DNA from: Promethearchaeota archaeon
GTDB lineage: Archaea; Asgardarchaeota; Lokiarchaeia; Sigyniarchaeales; SOKP01
Reading direction: 5' to 3'
Length of the DNA: 50,555 bases
Assembly (NCBI GenBank): GCA_008080735.1
Contig: SHMW01000023.1
Span: 1 to 50,555 of the forward strand
Position 1 is the stretch's first letter. Each line of letters begins with the position of its first letter. Shown here one piece after another: positions 19,193 through 29,121 of the stretch. Both the position numbers and the translations under genes were made by a program. The notes beneath the pieces were generated by a model. The model was not told the origin of the DNA, did not search any database, and was given only the letters and a program-made list of their open reading frames with translations.

Positions 19193-20194
19193 CTAATCAA
19201 GAATTTCATATCTTGCTCCTTCGTTATTGGGTTTACATATATAAAAATGTCCAATGTGATTAAGCCGAGATTTGAGTGCGTCTAATAACTCTTTTGCTCT
19301 TGAATCAGATTCCGTGATTCCCACAACGCTAGGGCCAAATGAACTCATCCCATAAGCTTTAACACCTAAATCACCCATAAAATTAAGCAAATCTTTCACT
19401 ATTTTATCTTGCAAGCCTATCTCGATCTTTTTGAATCCAATAGATTGTATTCGGCGTAGTCCCTCTCCAAAAATTGATAAATCTCTCTTTAATATTCCTG
19501 GAATTATTTTCATGAGTATTTGATGGGACACCTCATTAACTTCTTCTCTTGGGATAGGAGTATGTTTTTGAAAAATTGAGACTTCCTCATCTCCATATGC
19601 GCCCTTTCTTACATTGGGAATAACTAAAACAAATCGCCAATGTTCGGGAATATTATATCTAAATATTGTAAGCGCAGGATCCGCGGAACTTGAGGCAGAT
19701 GAAGGGAGAAATGTTTCTTTTTCTTTTCCAATCCCAAAATCGTGTCCTCCATCTAGAATAAATCCGCCACTTTTAAATCCGCGCCAACCGATCCCCGACG
19801 TGCCACCTCTTCCAACAATATTGGTAAGTGTTTCATGAGAAATGTCGAGATCTTTTAATTTTGCAATGGCTGAAGCGATAGCTAATGATAATTGGGTTTT
19901 GCTCCCTAGACCAACATGGGAGGGATAATATTGTCTTAGATAAAAATGAAAATTCTTATTGCTAATATCGAGAGTTTTAAACACTTTTGAAGCTTTTTCA
20001 TTGATCACTTCAATGGATTCCCTATAATATTGATGTGCTTCAATCTTAAATTCTTTGGCGGAATTGCTTGCTTCAAAGACCACATTTGGTTTATCGAGCA
20101 TCAGACCAATTCCACCATCGACTCGTCCAGTATAACCGTTCTCGTCAATTAGCGATAGATGGATGCGACATGGAGTAGTAATTTTGATCTTCAA
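19193..20194 (-). CDS. mptG: beta-ribofuranosylaminobenzene 5'-phosphate synthase
   Basis: TPCRIHLSLID, RVDGGIG, HVGLGSKTQL, GRGGTSGIG, GGFILDGGH, FLPSSAS, GMSSFGP. Confidence 0.93.
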   Translation of the reverse strand: MKIKITTPCRIHLSLIDENGYTGRVDGGIGLMLDKPNVVFEASNSAKEFKIEAHQYYRESIEVINEKASKVFKTLDISNKNFHFYLRQYYPSHVGLGSKTQLSLAIASAIAKLKDLDISHETLTNIVGRGGTSGIGWRGFKSGGFILDGGHDFGIGKEKETFLPSSASSSADPALTIFRYNIPEHWRFVLVIPNVRKGAYGDEEVSIFQKHTPIPREEVNEVSHQILMKIIPGILKRDLSIFGEGLRRIQSIGFKKIEIGLQDKIVKDLLNFMGDLGVKAYGMSSFGPSVVGITESDSRAKELLDALKSRLNHIGHFYICKPNNEGARYEILD

Positions 20195-20341
20195 CTTTTA
20201 CTCTCTCTTTATCTGATTGATAATTCAATACAATTCTAATGAATTATTTTAAAAAAACATTAACAAATGAGATTGAGAAAGAAATTGTAAAAAACTTTCC
20301 AAATAAAAGTTTTTTTAGCTCTTTAAAAAGATTTTAATTCT

Positions 20342-20752
20342 TTATTTCAATGATTTAATCATCGCGGTATAGTCTCTCAATGTGAGAGCCTTCACACCTT
20401 TGATACCACCTAAATGAGTATACCACTTTTCTTTATTTTCTATGAAATTCAATTTGGGTACAAGATCTTTGAACTCAGATCTATCTTCAAAAAATTCAAT
20501 GAGATTTAATTTAAATCTATAAGGTCGGTTCTTACCCTCAAATATTGGAATATCTTCCTTATATTTTGATATTACTTCGTATAATCCTTTTATCTGTGAT
20601 ATCCCACTTACATATACTAATATTTTATCATTAGCTTTAATTTCATCATAGATATCCTTGTTATCAGTCCCAATAATATTTCCGGATTTAACAATATCCC
20701 AGTTCGATTCTTGGACTATGAACAAATAGTAATTAAAATCTTTAGAAGCCAT
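20342..20752 (-). CDS. EVE domain protein
   Basis: NWDIV...IIG, IKANDKILVYVSG, PYRFKL, LVPKLNFIENKEKW, LTLRDY. Confidence 0.8.
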   Translation of the reverse strand: MASKDFNYYLFIVQESNWDIVKSGNIIGTDNKDIYDEIKANDKILVYVSGISQIKGLYEVISKYKEDIPIFEGKNRPYRFKLNLIEFFEDRSEFKDLVPKLNFIENKEKWYTHLGGIKGVKALTLRDYTAMIKSLK

Positions 20753-20999
20753 TTAATCCACCATGCTATTATACTCCTAAATAGAGGATAAGAATAATAA
20801 CTTAAATCTTTTAAATCTATAAACTATTAATGATGCTTAGCTAATAATGAGATTTATTAATGTCTCAAGTTTAATCTTATTTATTTACAATATTGGGCAT
20901 GCCAAATGAGTAATAGATATTATAAAAATTAAGAAAAAGAGAGTAAATGACTTATGATTTCCAAGTTACAATCTTTTTTTAATACTCCATGAGAAGTGT

Positions 21000-23180
21000 T
21001 TATATCACCGCAAAGATTCCCAGCGCAATCCAATTGACAATCCCTCCGATTAATAATGCGATGGCGATCTCCAATAGCGAAATCTTAATCGCATATTTCC
21101 AGCTTGTTTCACGTGCGATTATGATGATAGTAGCAAAACACGGTATATATAACATAGTCACCAAACTGAATGTTATCATCTGTAATGGCGTAAGAAGTTG
21201 TAGTATGCTTAATCCCAAGGATCCTGCAAGAACTTGAAGCAGAATGAGAGTTAATTCTTTTCTAAGAATCCCATAAATAAGGAAAATGCCAGTAATCATA
21301 GGTAATCCTAACCAGAGGACAGTAATTGGGTATAGCACGATATTGATGGGATCAAGTACATTGAAGATAAGCATAACTTCCAAAAATATACCTATCCCAA
21401 TTATCAGCGGTAATGATTTAAAGATAAATTCTTTCGATCTTATCCAGGTTTGCTTCAGAATAACATTAACATTCGGCAATCTATATTCATGCATTTCCAT
21501 GATTAATTCTGTACATTTCCCTGGCATCGTTTTATTCAATATTTTTCCTATCAGGATTATCACGAGAAAATTGATAAGAAAAAGCACCAATACCCAACCA
21601 AGACCAAGATATCGCCCTACAAGCCCTAAAACAACGGTCATAACTGCCGCACATGGAATTAAAGAGGTTAAAGCGATTGAGATTTTTTTTTCGCGTTGTG
21701 TTTCCATTATTCTACAGCCTGCGCATGCGGGAACATTACATCCAAATCCTAAAATCATAGGAATGATCGATTTTCCATGGATCCCTATTGCGTGCATAAA
21801 TTTATCCATAAGAAATGCCGCACGGGGGAGATATCCCGAATCTTGCAAAATTTCAATAATAAGGAAAAAGGGGACGACATAAACTAATACACCTCCTACA
21901 GCTCCAAAAAATCCCCCGACCCCACCATCCCATAACATCATCACCCATATGGTATCTTCTCCATATAAGGCATAAATACCTTCGGTCCATATTCCATAAA
22001 TTTCATCTAAATATCCTCCTATAAGGTCTCCCACAGTAAATGTAAAATAATAAATCCCAAAGAGTACTAGGAGTAAAATGATATATCCCCAAAAAGAATG
22101 AGTTGTGAGATGGTCGAGCTTATCAGTCAAGGTTTTTTTCTTAACATCTTTTTCCGATTTTATTATTAGTATTTTATCAATAACTTTATTAATGTTGTGA
22201 TATATTTCTGAAGAGATAATAGTGGTTATATCCTCTCCATGTAATTCTTCTAATTGATCACGACAATTTGATGCTTCCTTAAGAATTTCACATGTTTCTT
22301 CTTTATCTTTAAATAATCTCTCTATTTCGTTATCCTCCTCAAGAATTTTTATGGCAAGAAATCGGGGAGGATAATTGAATTGAGAAAAAAATTCTTTGCA
22401 CTCAACGATTTTTTCCTTTACAACTTGGATTTTGGATTCAATTTCCTTTCCAAAGGAGAGGAGATCGGATAAATCTGGAAAATGATAGATCTCTTTTAGT
22501 GAGCTACATGAGCGTAGTTTTTCGAGAAACTCTTCTCTTGATAGGAAATACTGTGGGTGATCTCTCCAGCGCCCTCTCTGATGTTCTTTATGGTGGGGAT
22601 GAAAATTTTGGCAGGTGATAAATTCTATTGATTCCTCTAAGAGTTGATGAACTCCTTTTCCATGTACCGCAACCGTTGGAATAACTGGAACTTTAAATAT
22701 CTTTTCCATCCTTTCGAAATCAATTTCGATGTTTCTTTTGCGTAATATATCCATTTGATTTAAACAAATAATCATCGGGATTTTTAATTCAAGCAGTTGG
22801 AACGTTAAGAACAGATTACGCTCTAAATTGGTCGCATCGACAACATTTACAATAATATCAACACTTTCAGAGACCAAATATTCTCTACTAACAATCTCTT
22901 CTAATGAATAGGCCGATAAACTGTATATTCCTGGAAGATCTACGATATTAAAGTGAAAACCCATAAAATCTAATTCTCCGATCTTGCGTTCTACTGTTTT
23001 CCCTGGCCAATTCCCGATTGTCTGTGAAAGGCCCGTGAGTTGATTAAAGATTACTGATTTTCCCACATTGGGATTTCCAGCTAAGGCAATATTAATTTCC
23101 CTTTCTTGCTTAAAATGTTCCTCAGCCAATTTGCTAAAGTGTCTTGGTCTATGAGGCTGTTTTCTGTGAGGTTTTTTCAT
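21000..23180 (-). CDS. feoB: Ferrous iron transporter FeoB
   Basis: GNPNVGKS, NWPGKTVE, DLPG, DATNLERNL, DSGYLPRAAFLMD, GFGCNVPA, LYIPCFAT. Confidence 0.96.
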   Translation of the reverse strand: MKKPHRKQPHRPRHFSKLAEEHFKQEREINIALAGNPNVGKSVIFNQLTGLSQTIGNWPGKTVERKIGELDFMGFHFNIVDLPGIYSLSAYSLEEIVSREYLVSESVDIIVNVVDATNLERNLFLTFQLLELKIPMIICLNQMDILRKRNIEIDFERMEKIFKVPVIPTVAVHGKGVHQLLEESIEFITCQNFHPHHKEHQRGRWRDHPQYFLSREEFLEKLRSCSSLKEIYHFPDLSDLLSFGKEIESKIQVVKEKIVECKEFFSQFNYPPRFLAIKILEEDNEIERLFKDKEETCEILKEASNCRDQLEELHGEDITTIISSEIYHNINKVIDKILIIKSEKDVKKKTLTDKLDHLTTHSFWGYIILLLVLFGIYYFTFTVGDLIGGYLDEIYGIWTEGIYALYGEDTIWVMMLWDGGVGGFFGAVGGVLVYVVPFFLIIEILQDSGYLPRAAFLMDKFMHAIGIHGKSIIPMILGFGCNVPACAGCRIMETQREKKISIALTSLIPCAAVMTVVLGLVGRYLGLGWVLVLFLINFLVIILIGKILNKTMPGKCTELIMEMHEYRLPNVNVILKQTWIRSKEFIFKSLPLIIGIGIFLEVMLIFNVLDPINIVLYPITVLWLGLPMITGIFLIYGILRKELTLILLQVLAGSLGLSILQLLTPLQMITFSLVTMLYIPCFATIIIIARETSWKYAIKISLLEIAIALLIGGIVNWIALGIFAVI

Positions 23181-23351
23181 AATCCTAATTTCACTGTGAG
23201 TTTTAGTTTTTTAATTCAAATAAAATTATTCATAATAGACCTATAATGTAAGATCCTAATTCTTGATATGATTAGAATTCTATTATAATATTTGTTGATC
23301 TCGAAAGTTCTAAGGTCCTATTTTATTATGTATTGTATCACTTAAAAGTTT

Positions 23352-23365
23352 TTAGGTAAGTCTAA
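23352..23365. promoter_or_regulatory. DtxR/IdeR-like box upstream of feoB
   Basis: TTAGGTAAGTCTAA, close to the TTAGGnnnnCCTAA palindrome; on the minus strand it abuts the TATA-like AAACTTTTAAG. Confidence 0.65.
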
Positions 23366-23687
23366 GTAACTTTCTTTTTTCTCCTATTGCAGATTTGGTA
23401 AGCCATTGATATATGGTATTTATTTTCTATTAGTCTATTTTTATCATTTTAAAGCCCTTTCTGATACTTAAGATAACCTTATTGAGTTTGATAACTCTTT
23501 CCTGGATTAAACATATATTTTTTTATAGATATCTAATTAACTCGCCATTTATTAAAATATCATCAAGAATTTCAATTTTTAAAGGGTGGAAATAAAAAAA
23601 ATATTCACTAAAAAGATCTCAAATATGATTTTTTATTTATATAGTTTTGATAGAAACTAATTATAGAACATACTATGGTGATTTCCA

Positions 23688-23981
23688 GTGCAATGTGAAT
23701 TATGTAAGAAAGTTTTTTCCCGAACCAGGAAGAGAAAAATCAAACATAAAAATATCATATTTTGTTCTAAGAAATGTTTTGAGGAGTGGAAGAAAATACG
23801 CCAAGAACCAACGGAGCATAAATATATGATATGGTATGTGAAAATTTCTTCTATAAATATTGAATTTCAACAAAATGAACTAAAAACTCAAGGTATAGAT
23901 CCACACTATGGAAATATAACTAATAATTCCCATTTCTCAACAAAATTAGCTTCTCTCATCAAAAGAAGAGAAGAGAAATAA
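23688..23981 (+). CDS. Small TRASH/treble-clef-like Cys4 metal-finger protein
   Basis: CELC...FCSKKC; GGTGAT upstream of GTG start. Confidence 0.6.
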   Translation: MQCELCKKVFSRTRKRKIKHKNIIFCSKKCFEEWKKIRQEPTEHKYMIWYVKISSINIEFQQNELKTQGIDPHYGNITNNSHFSTKLASLIKRREEK

Positions 23982-24177
23982 AAAGACTCTTAGCAATTTT
24001 TTTAGAATTGTGTATCTACCTTTCGCTCCCTTAAAAGAGTTATATATCACGATCAGTCATTTAATTCCAAAAGAATTAAATAATAAAAGCATCTATCATT
24101 TAATATTCAGTAGAGAGATTTTCAATTCGGGATTTTGAGAATTTCTAAAATTATATCTGTGAGGAGACTTTAATTTA

Positions 24178-24543
24178 ATGGTTAGTATTTTTATCGTTGA
24201 AGACGATGAATCTTTATTAAATTTGTATAAAAAAGCGTTGAGTTTGAACGGTCATAATGTAGTTGCGTGTGCTAAAGATGGTGAAGAGGCGATAAATACC
24301 TATAAAAGCCTTGATAAAAAACCGGATATTATTCTAATGGATCATCGGATGCCTGTAAAAAGCGGCTTGGAAGCGGCGCGAGAGATCCTTGCACTCGATG
24401 ATGATGTAAATATAATTTTTGCCAGCGCAGATAAAAGTGTGAAAGAAGAGGCGCTCTCATTAGGAATAAAGAGCTTCAAGGATAAACCTTTTACTTTAGA
24501 TAGATTGTTTAAAAATATTGAAAAAGCTATAAATAGTTCGTGA
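24178..24543 (+). CDS. Single-domain response regulator (receiver)
   Basis: IFIVEDD, PDIILMDHRMP..SG, ASA, DKPF. Confidence 0.93.
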   Translation: MVSIFIVEDDESLLNLYKKALSLNGHNVVACAKDGEEAINTYKSLDKKPDIILMDHRMPVKSGLEAAREILALDDDVNIIFASADKSVKEEALSLGIKSFKDKPFTLDRLFKNIEKAINSS

Positions 24544-24677
24544 TTTGTCCCTAAACACAAAATCTACAGAATCTAATCTTATTTGGTCTTGAAAGCATTA
24601 TTCCAAGAATTGATTAAGCATAATATAATTATAAATGATAAAAAAGGCCTAAATGGATACTATATCGTTCCAAGTTT

Positions 24678-24956
24678 TTATTGAGTACATTTTCCATTTG
24701 CGCAGTTCACCAAAACTTTCGCTGCCAACCCTCTCCCTAATACGATCTGAGTTCCTTTAACGATAATCTCTACTGGGCCCCTAAAAGGTGCTGCTCGAGA
24801 TTTCTTAATAGTAACACCAGGAACAATTCCAAGATTTGCTAGTCTCTGTTTGGCTCCTCTCCCCGCGTTTACGGAAACCACCTCAACCTCGGCACCAGTT
24901 GAGCATTCAGTTAAGCATTTCAAGAGATTTCTAGTTTCTTTGGCTTCTACTGTCAT
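24678..24956 (-). CDS. feoA: FeoA family protein
   Basis: QRLANLGIVPG, APFRGPVEIIVKG..IVLGRGLA. Confidence 0.93.
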   Translation of the reverse strand: MTVEAKETRNLLKCLTECSTGAEVEVVSVNAGRGAKQRLANLGIVPGVTIKKSRAAPFRGPVEIIVKGTQIVLGRGLAAKVLVNCANGKCTQ

Positions 24957-25141
24957 TTTTTTTTATTTTTTCAAAAGTATTTTAATGAATTGAGAATGAT
25001 TATTCAAAATAAAACGTCTTAATTTATTTTCACGTAATGTTGTATTTATTTCCATTTAAATTTTTAGATTATTAAAAATATTCGTTCTAGTCAACTTAAA
25101 TCAATTATCAAATAGACATTTATCAAGTTAGGATCTTTAAT

Positions 25142-25155
25142 TTAGGTTTATCTAA
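25142..25155. promoter_or_regulatory. DtxR/IdeR-like box upstream of feoA
   Basis: TTAGGTTTATCTAA, sharing TTAGGT...TCTAA with the feoB box; additional TTAGGA half-site adjacent. Confidence 0.6.
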
Positions 25156-25238
25156 AATAAAAACCAATTGTTTTTAGTAGAGATAGTGATAAAATTTTCT
25201 CTAAATCGATATTAAAATGCATTAATATTAAACAAATC

Positions 25239-25541
25239 TTAGTTCACCATATTAAATCTTTCTTTAACGCGAGAAATGAGTACTTTGAGATTATTTTTAT
25301 AATTCTTATTCTCAACAAATAAGGTCTGTATTTTCCTAAATGGAGAATTTTCATTCTGGGTTGATTGGTATTTGGTTTTGAAAGAAGTCATAAGCAGATG
25401 AAAAGACTGTTGTATTTCCTTAGAAAATTTACTTACTTCCTCATCAATTATCTGGGTAAGAAAATTGAAATGAGTTCTATTGTTTTGGATTCCTAAAGTT
25501 GAGGGCAAATGTTTAAATTCGTGAATTATGTCCAAATCCAT
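25239..25541 (-). CDS. Hypothetical protein, possibly 5'-frameshifted
   Basis: 100-aa ORF, no motif recognised; a T7 run just upstream could hide a frameshift. Confidence 0.35.
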   Translation of the reverse strand: MDLDIIHEFKHLPSTLGIQNNRTHFNFLTQIIDEEVSKFSKEIQQSFHLLMTSFKTKYQSTQNENSPFRKIQTLFVENKNYKNNLKVLISRVKERFNMVN

Positions 25542-25760
25542 TATATCTAAAAAAATGAAAGTTCCTAATATAGTTAAGGATTATCATATTAACAAAAATG
25601 TAGAAGAGATTGATTTATCTATAATTGTAGATATGATCATTAAATAATAACCCAAAAGATCATTAGAAATTAGCTAAAGAAAGCTTTTGACAAAAAACAA
25701 TTAAAAATTTTTGATATATTAACAGATGTTCCAGAAAATAAAGGAAAAAGAGAGAAGCTT

Positions 25761-25907
25761 CTATTTGTATTTTTTATCCCATTCTTCTTGTTTTTTTTTG
25801 GGATCGTCCCGTATTTCGCATTTGTGATGAATTTGGTCTTGCATTGCAAACGTTTTATCCAAAAGATCGTCAAGATCCTCTTCTGAGATATCTTCTTTTC
25901 GATTCAT
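25761..25907 (-). CDS. Small charged hypothetical protein (48 aa)
   Basis: Own translation MNRKEDISEEDLDDLLDKTFAMQDQIHHKCEIRDDPKKKQEEWDKKYK*, preceded by GAGGT. Confidence 0.5.
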   Translation of the reverse strand: MNRKEDISEEDLDDLLDKTFAMQDQIHHKCEIRDDPKKKQEEWDKKYK

Positions 25908-26101
25908 GATAAAATACCTCTGTGCAAACAAACCATTCAAACATTAATAAAGATTAGTTTTATGTGTTATTGGTTTAGTCGTGTATAAAGTTCCACATCC
26001 AAGAATAATCATTCGCATTAATTGAAAGAGGGATGAATTTCATATTAAAAGCTATATTTAACCAATTATAAGAATTAAATATAAAGTCAACGCTAACAAT
26101 T

Positions 26102-27502
26102 ATGAGCGATTTAGAAGGTTTAACAAGAAAATTAATGCAAAAAGGATATTCCGATGCGGAAATTGTCGAGCGGCTCACACAAGAATACCTCGATTACAAA
26201 GACATTACAAATTTCCGTGCTAAACAACTTTCTGAAGCGGTTTTAGAAGAATGTAAAAAAAGTGATCTATCTTCCCTTTCAGATGGTTTTATTAAGGATT
26301 TGCTTTCAATTAATAGAGCCGATATTACAATAGGAGATCAAGGCGTCGGATGCAGAGGTGCAGGAGATTTTTTTGTTCATAAACTAATCAGTGAATTCTC
26401 GGGTGTGGATACTGAAGCATTTCTCTCTCCGCGTTCCTTGGATGATGCAGGAGCAGTTAGATTAAGAGATTTTGCATCTTTAAGGTCGATTGATGGAATA
26501 GACGGAAAGGAGCAGATCATTGTATCCAAGATGGAAGGGATTCATTCTCGTTTAAGTGATTTTCCCTTTCTCTGCGGCTTCCATGTCACTCGAGCTGCAT
26601 TACGCGATTTGTATGTCAAAGGAGCGATACCCATATCGATTTTAGTTGATGTTCATTTGGGTGATGATGCTGATGTGGGTAAATTATTTGATTTTATGTC
26701 TGGGATTTCCACAGTCTGTGAAATATCAAAAGTACCCTTAACAGCCGGTTCTACGCTACGGATTGGAGGAGATATGGTGATTGGCAATCGCTTGACAGGA
26801 GGGATTGGGGGTGTGGGTATTGCTGGCACTAATCTTTTCGCGAGAAGAAATATACATCCAGGAGATAAGATTCTGATGACAGAGGGGGCGGGAGGAGGTA
26901 CAATATCTACAACAGCCATCTATTCGGGGAACCATGAGGTAGTCAGAGAGACAATGAATATCAAATTTTTAGAGGCATGTGAACTGATATTAGATTCTCA
27001 CTATAAGAATGGAATCCACGCGATGTGTGACGTGACTAATGGGGGATTAAGAGGGGATTTATATGAGATTAACTATGAGTCGAACTGCGGAGTCACTGTC
27101 TATGAAGAAAAAATCAGGGCGCTTGTGAATGAAAAAGTTTTGAAATTACTGGAAAAGGTAGGCGTGGATTATTTAGGTGTCTCTTTAGATGCACTCTTGA
27201 TATATTGTTCAGAAAAAGTAGCAGAGCCTATAATTTCTGATTTAAATCAACATAATATAAAATGTGCGGAGATAGGATATGTCGATGATTCAAAAGAAGT
27301 TGCGATGATATTTGAACAAAAAGAAAGCAAAAAAATATTACCAAAATTCAGAGAATCAGCATACACTAAAATAAAACAGGAAGTTGGCGAGGAGACTCCC
27401 GAAGAAAAACAGGAAATGGAAGAGAACATAGAAAAAGCAGCTATAAAGGCATTAGAAAAACGGAAGCAGATCATTGATTACATAAAACATTTTACCGAAT
27501 AA
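26102..27502 (+). CDS. AIR synthase-related (PurM-like) archaeal protein of unknown function
   Basis: GVGCRGAGDFFVH, LDDAG, EGIHSRLSDFPFL.GFHVTRAALRD, GSTLRIGGDMV, MCDVTNGGLRGD, YLGVSLD, FRESAYT. Confidence 0.88.
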   Translation: MSDLEGLTRKLMQKGYSDAEIVERLTQEYLDYKDITNFRAKQLSEAVLEECKKSDLSSLSDGFIKDLLSINRADITIGDQGVGCRGAGDFFVHKLISEFSGVDTEAFLSPRSLDDAGAVRLRDFASLRSIDGIDGKEQIIVSKMEGIHSRLSDFPFLCGFHVTRAALRDLYVKGAIPISILVDVHLGDDADVGKLFDFMSGISTVCEISKVPLTAGSTLRIGGDMVIGNRLTGGIGGVGIAGTNLFARRNIHPGDKILMTEGAGGGTISTTAIYSGNHEVVRETMNIKFLEACELILDSHYKNGIHAMCDVTNGGLRGDLYEINYESNCGVTVYEEKIRALVNEKVLKLLEKVGVDYLGVSLDALLIYCSEKVAEPIISDLNQHNIKCAEIGYVDDSKEVAMIFEQKESKKILPKFRESAYTKIKQEVGEETPEEKQEMEENIEKAAIKALEKRKQIIDYIKHFTE

Positions 27503-27564
27503 TTCTTATAGTTTTGTGAGATCATTTTTTTAAAGGTTAAATTTATTACTCTATCAGATATAAG

Positions 27565-28221
27565 ATGATATGCGAATATTGTGGAGCTCCCCTTGACCCG
27601 GGAGCAAGATACTGTGAGAAGTGCGGCAGAAGGGTCCATGAATTTCATGGAATAGGTCTTGGTTCACAAACTCAACTCTATACGCCGATCACCGATGAAA
27701 ACGTCCTTTTTGAGGGGAAGAATGATTTATACATATTAGATCTCTCATCAAATAAAATCTATAATCAAAATAACGATCAAGTTGGTAAGATTCAATTTAA
27801 GGAAAAACTTTTCAAAATAATTTGCAAAGTTTACGATCCAGAGGATAATTTAGTGTTACAAATCTCCCCTGTACTCTTATCACCAGCGACCTTATATAAG
27901 TTCATGAACTCAAAGGGTAGGGATATTGCAAGAATAAAGAAGCCTACCTTTTCCGCAATGCCTACCAGATTCTATATTGAATCTCCATTTAATGAAAAAT
28001 GGTTCCAAATTCTCAGAGCCACAAATTATAAAATTCAAAGCTTCGCAACAGACGAGATAGTCGCTGAATTCGGTAAGATAAATAGTTTTAAAGAAATATT
28101 TCTTGATTTAGAAATAAAAAACCCAAGAAATACCTATCTGTTGAAAATAAATGATAGAAGAGTGGATCGTGCTATTATTATCGGGACTTTTTTATCCTAT
28201 TTTATGATTACTCGAAAATAA
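27565..28221 (+). CDS. Zinc-ribbon plus LURP-one/scramblase-like beta-barrel protein
   Basis: CEYCGA.L..GARYCEKCG; repeated beta-hairpin pattern (IYNQNNDQVGKI, VYDPEDNLVLQI, DIARIKK) and hydrophobic C-terminal helix. Confidence 0.6.
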   Translation: MICEYCGAPLDPGARYCEKCGRRVHEFHGIGLGSQTQLYTPITDENVLFEGKNDLYILDLSSNKIYNQNNDQVGKIQFKEKLFKIICKVYDPEDNLVLQISPVLLSPATLYKFMNSKGRDIARIKKPTFSAMPTRFYIESPFNEKWFQILRATNYKIQSFATDEIVAEFGKINSFKEIFLDLEIKNPRNTYLLKINDRRVDRAIIIGTFLSYFMITRK

Positions 28222-28231
28222 AGTGGAATTG

Positions 28232-29053
28232 TTAAACGTCTAAGTTGCGATCCATTGATCCAGATTTAAATCCCCCTAAATCAATTGTTACGTACGTAAA
28301 TCCCAGTTCTTTCAGTTTATCTTCAATGAGAGAGAAGTTTTCCTGATTGCAGATGTTTAAAAGCTCATTGTTTAAAACTTCAATCCTTGCCAAATTACCG
28401 TGATGATGCCGAACCCTCAATTGGCTTAAATTAAATTTGTCTTTAAGGAATGTTTCTGCGGATTGTATTCTACCCATAAGTTCATTGGTTATTGATAACC
28501 CATATTCAATTCTTGTTGCAAAACAGGCATTGGTGGGTTTAGAATGGAGAGATAATCCATAATATTTGCTCAAAGTTCTGATATCCTCTTTTCCCATTTT
28601 AAAGGTGACATAGGGCGTTGAAATATCTAATTCCTGAAGAGCTTTAAACCCAGGTCTATGTCCCTTAAGTTCAGATATATTAGTACCATCAATTACTATA
28701 TCATAATTATTTTGATCCTTGATATTCAAAATTTCAGAATAAAGTAATTTTTTACAATAATAACATCTATTGGGAGGATTCTTGGAAAAAAGTTCGTCTT
28801 CTAGCGGGTCAATCTCTATTATCAAATATGTGATATCATATTCTTCAGCAAATTCTGAAGCCTCTCGAATCTCCTTGTCGGAAAAAAGGGAGGAAGATCC
28901 TATCACTAAAAGAGTTTTGATCGCATATTTGTCTGATAAAAAGGCCAATAGAGAACTATCAACCCCTCCTGAAAAAGCAACTATTACCTTTTTATCTCTT
29001 AAGAAATGTGTGAGATTGATAAGTTTTTCTCTCAAAGAATTCGAGATTTCCAT
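28232..29053 (-). CDS. larE: LarE-like PP-loop ATP-dependent sulfur transferase
   Basis: VAFSGGVDS, NRCYYCK, DGTN, HRPG, ACFATRI.YG, QLRVRHH..LARIEV, GFKSGSM. Confidence 0.88.
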   Translation of the reverse strand: MEISNSLREKLINLTHFLRDKKVIVAFSGGVDSSLLAFLSDKYAIKTLLVIGSSSLFSDKEIREASEFAEEYDITYLIIEIDPLEDELFSKNPPNRCYYCKKLLYSEILNIKDQNNYDIVIDGTNISELKGHRPGFKALQELDISTPYVTFKMGKEDIRTLSKYYGLSLHSKPTNACFATRIEYGLSITNELMGRIQSAETFLKDKFNLSQLRVRHHHGNLARIEVLNNELLNICNQENFSLIEDKLKELGFTYVTIDLGGFKSGSMDRNLDV

Positions 29054-29121
29054 ATCTACATATCTATTAAGTTCAATAAATTAAAAAAATAACGCAAAAA
29101 AAAATGAAAATAAAAAAGAAT

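Noticed and set aside
26102-27502. Selenophosphate synthetase SelD, ThiL or HypE
   Set aside because: PurM fold is present, but the SelD N-terminal Cys/Sec-x-x-Lys motif and HypE C-terminal PRIC are absent.
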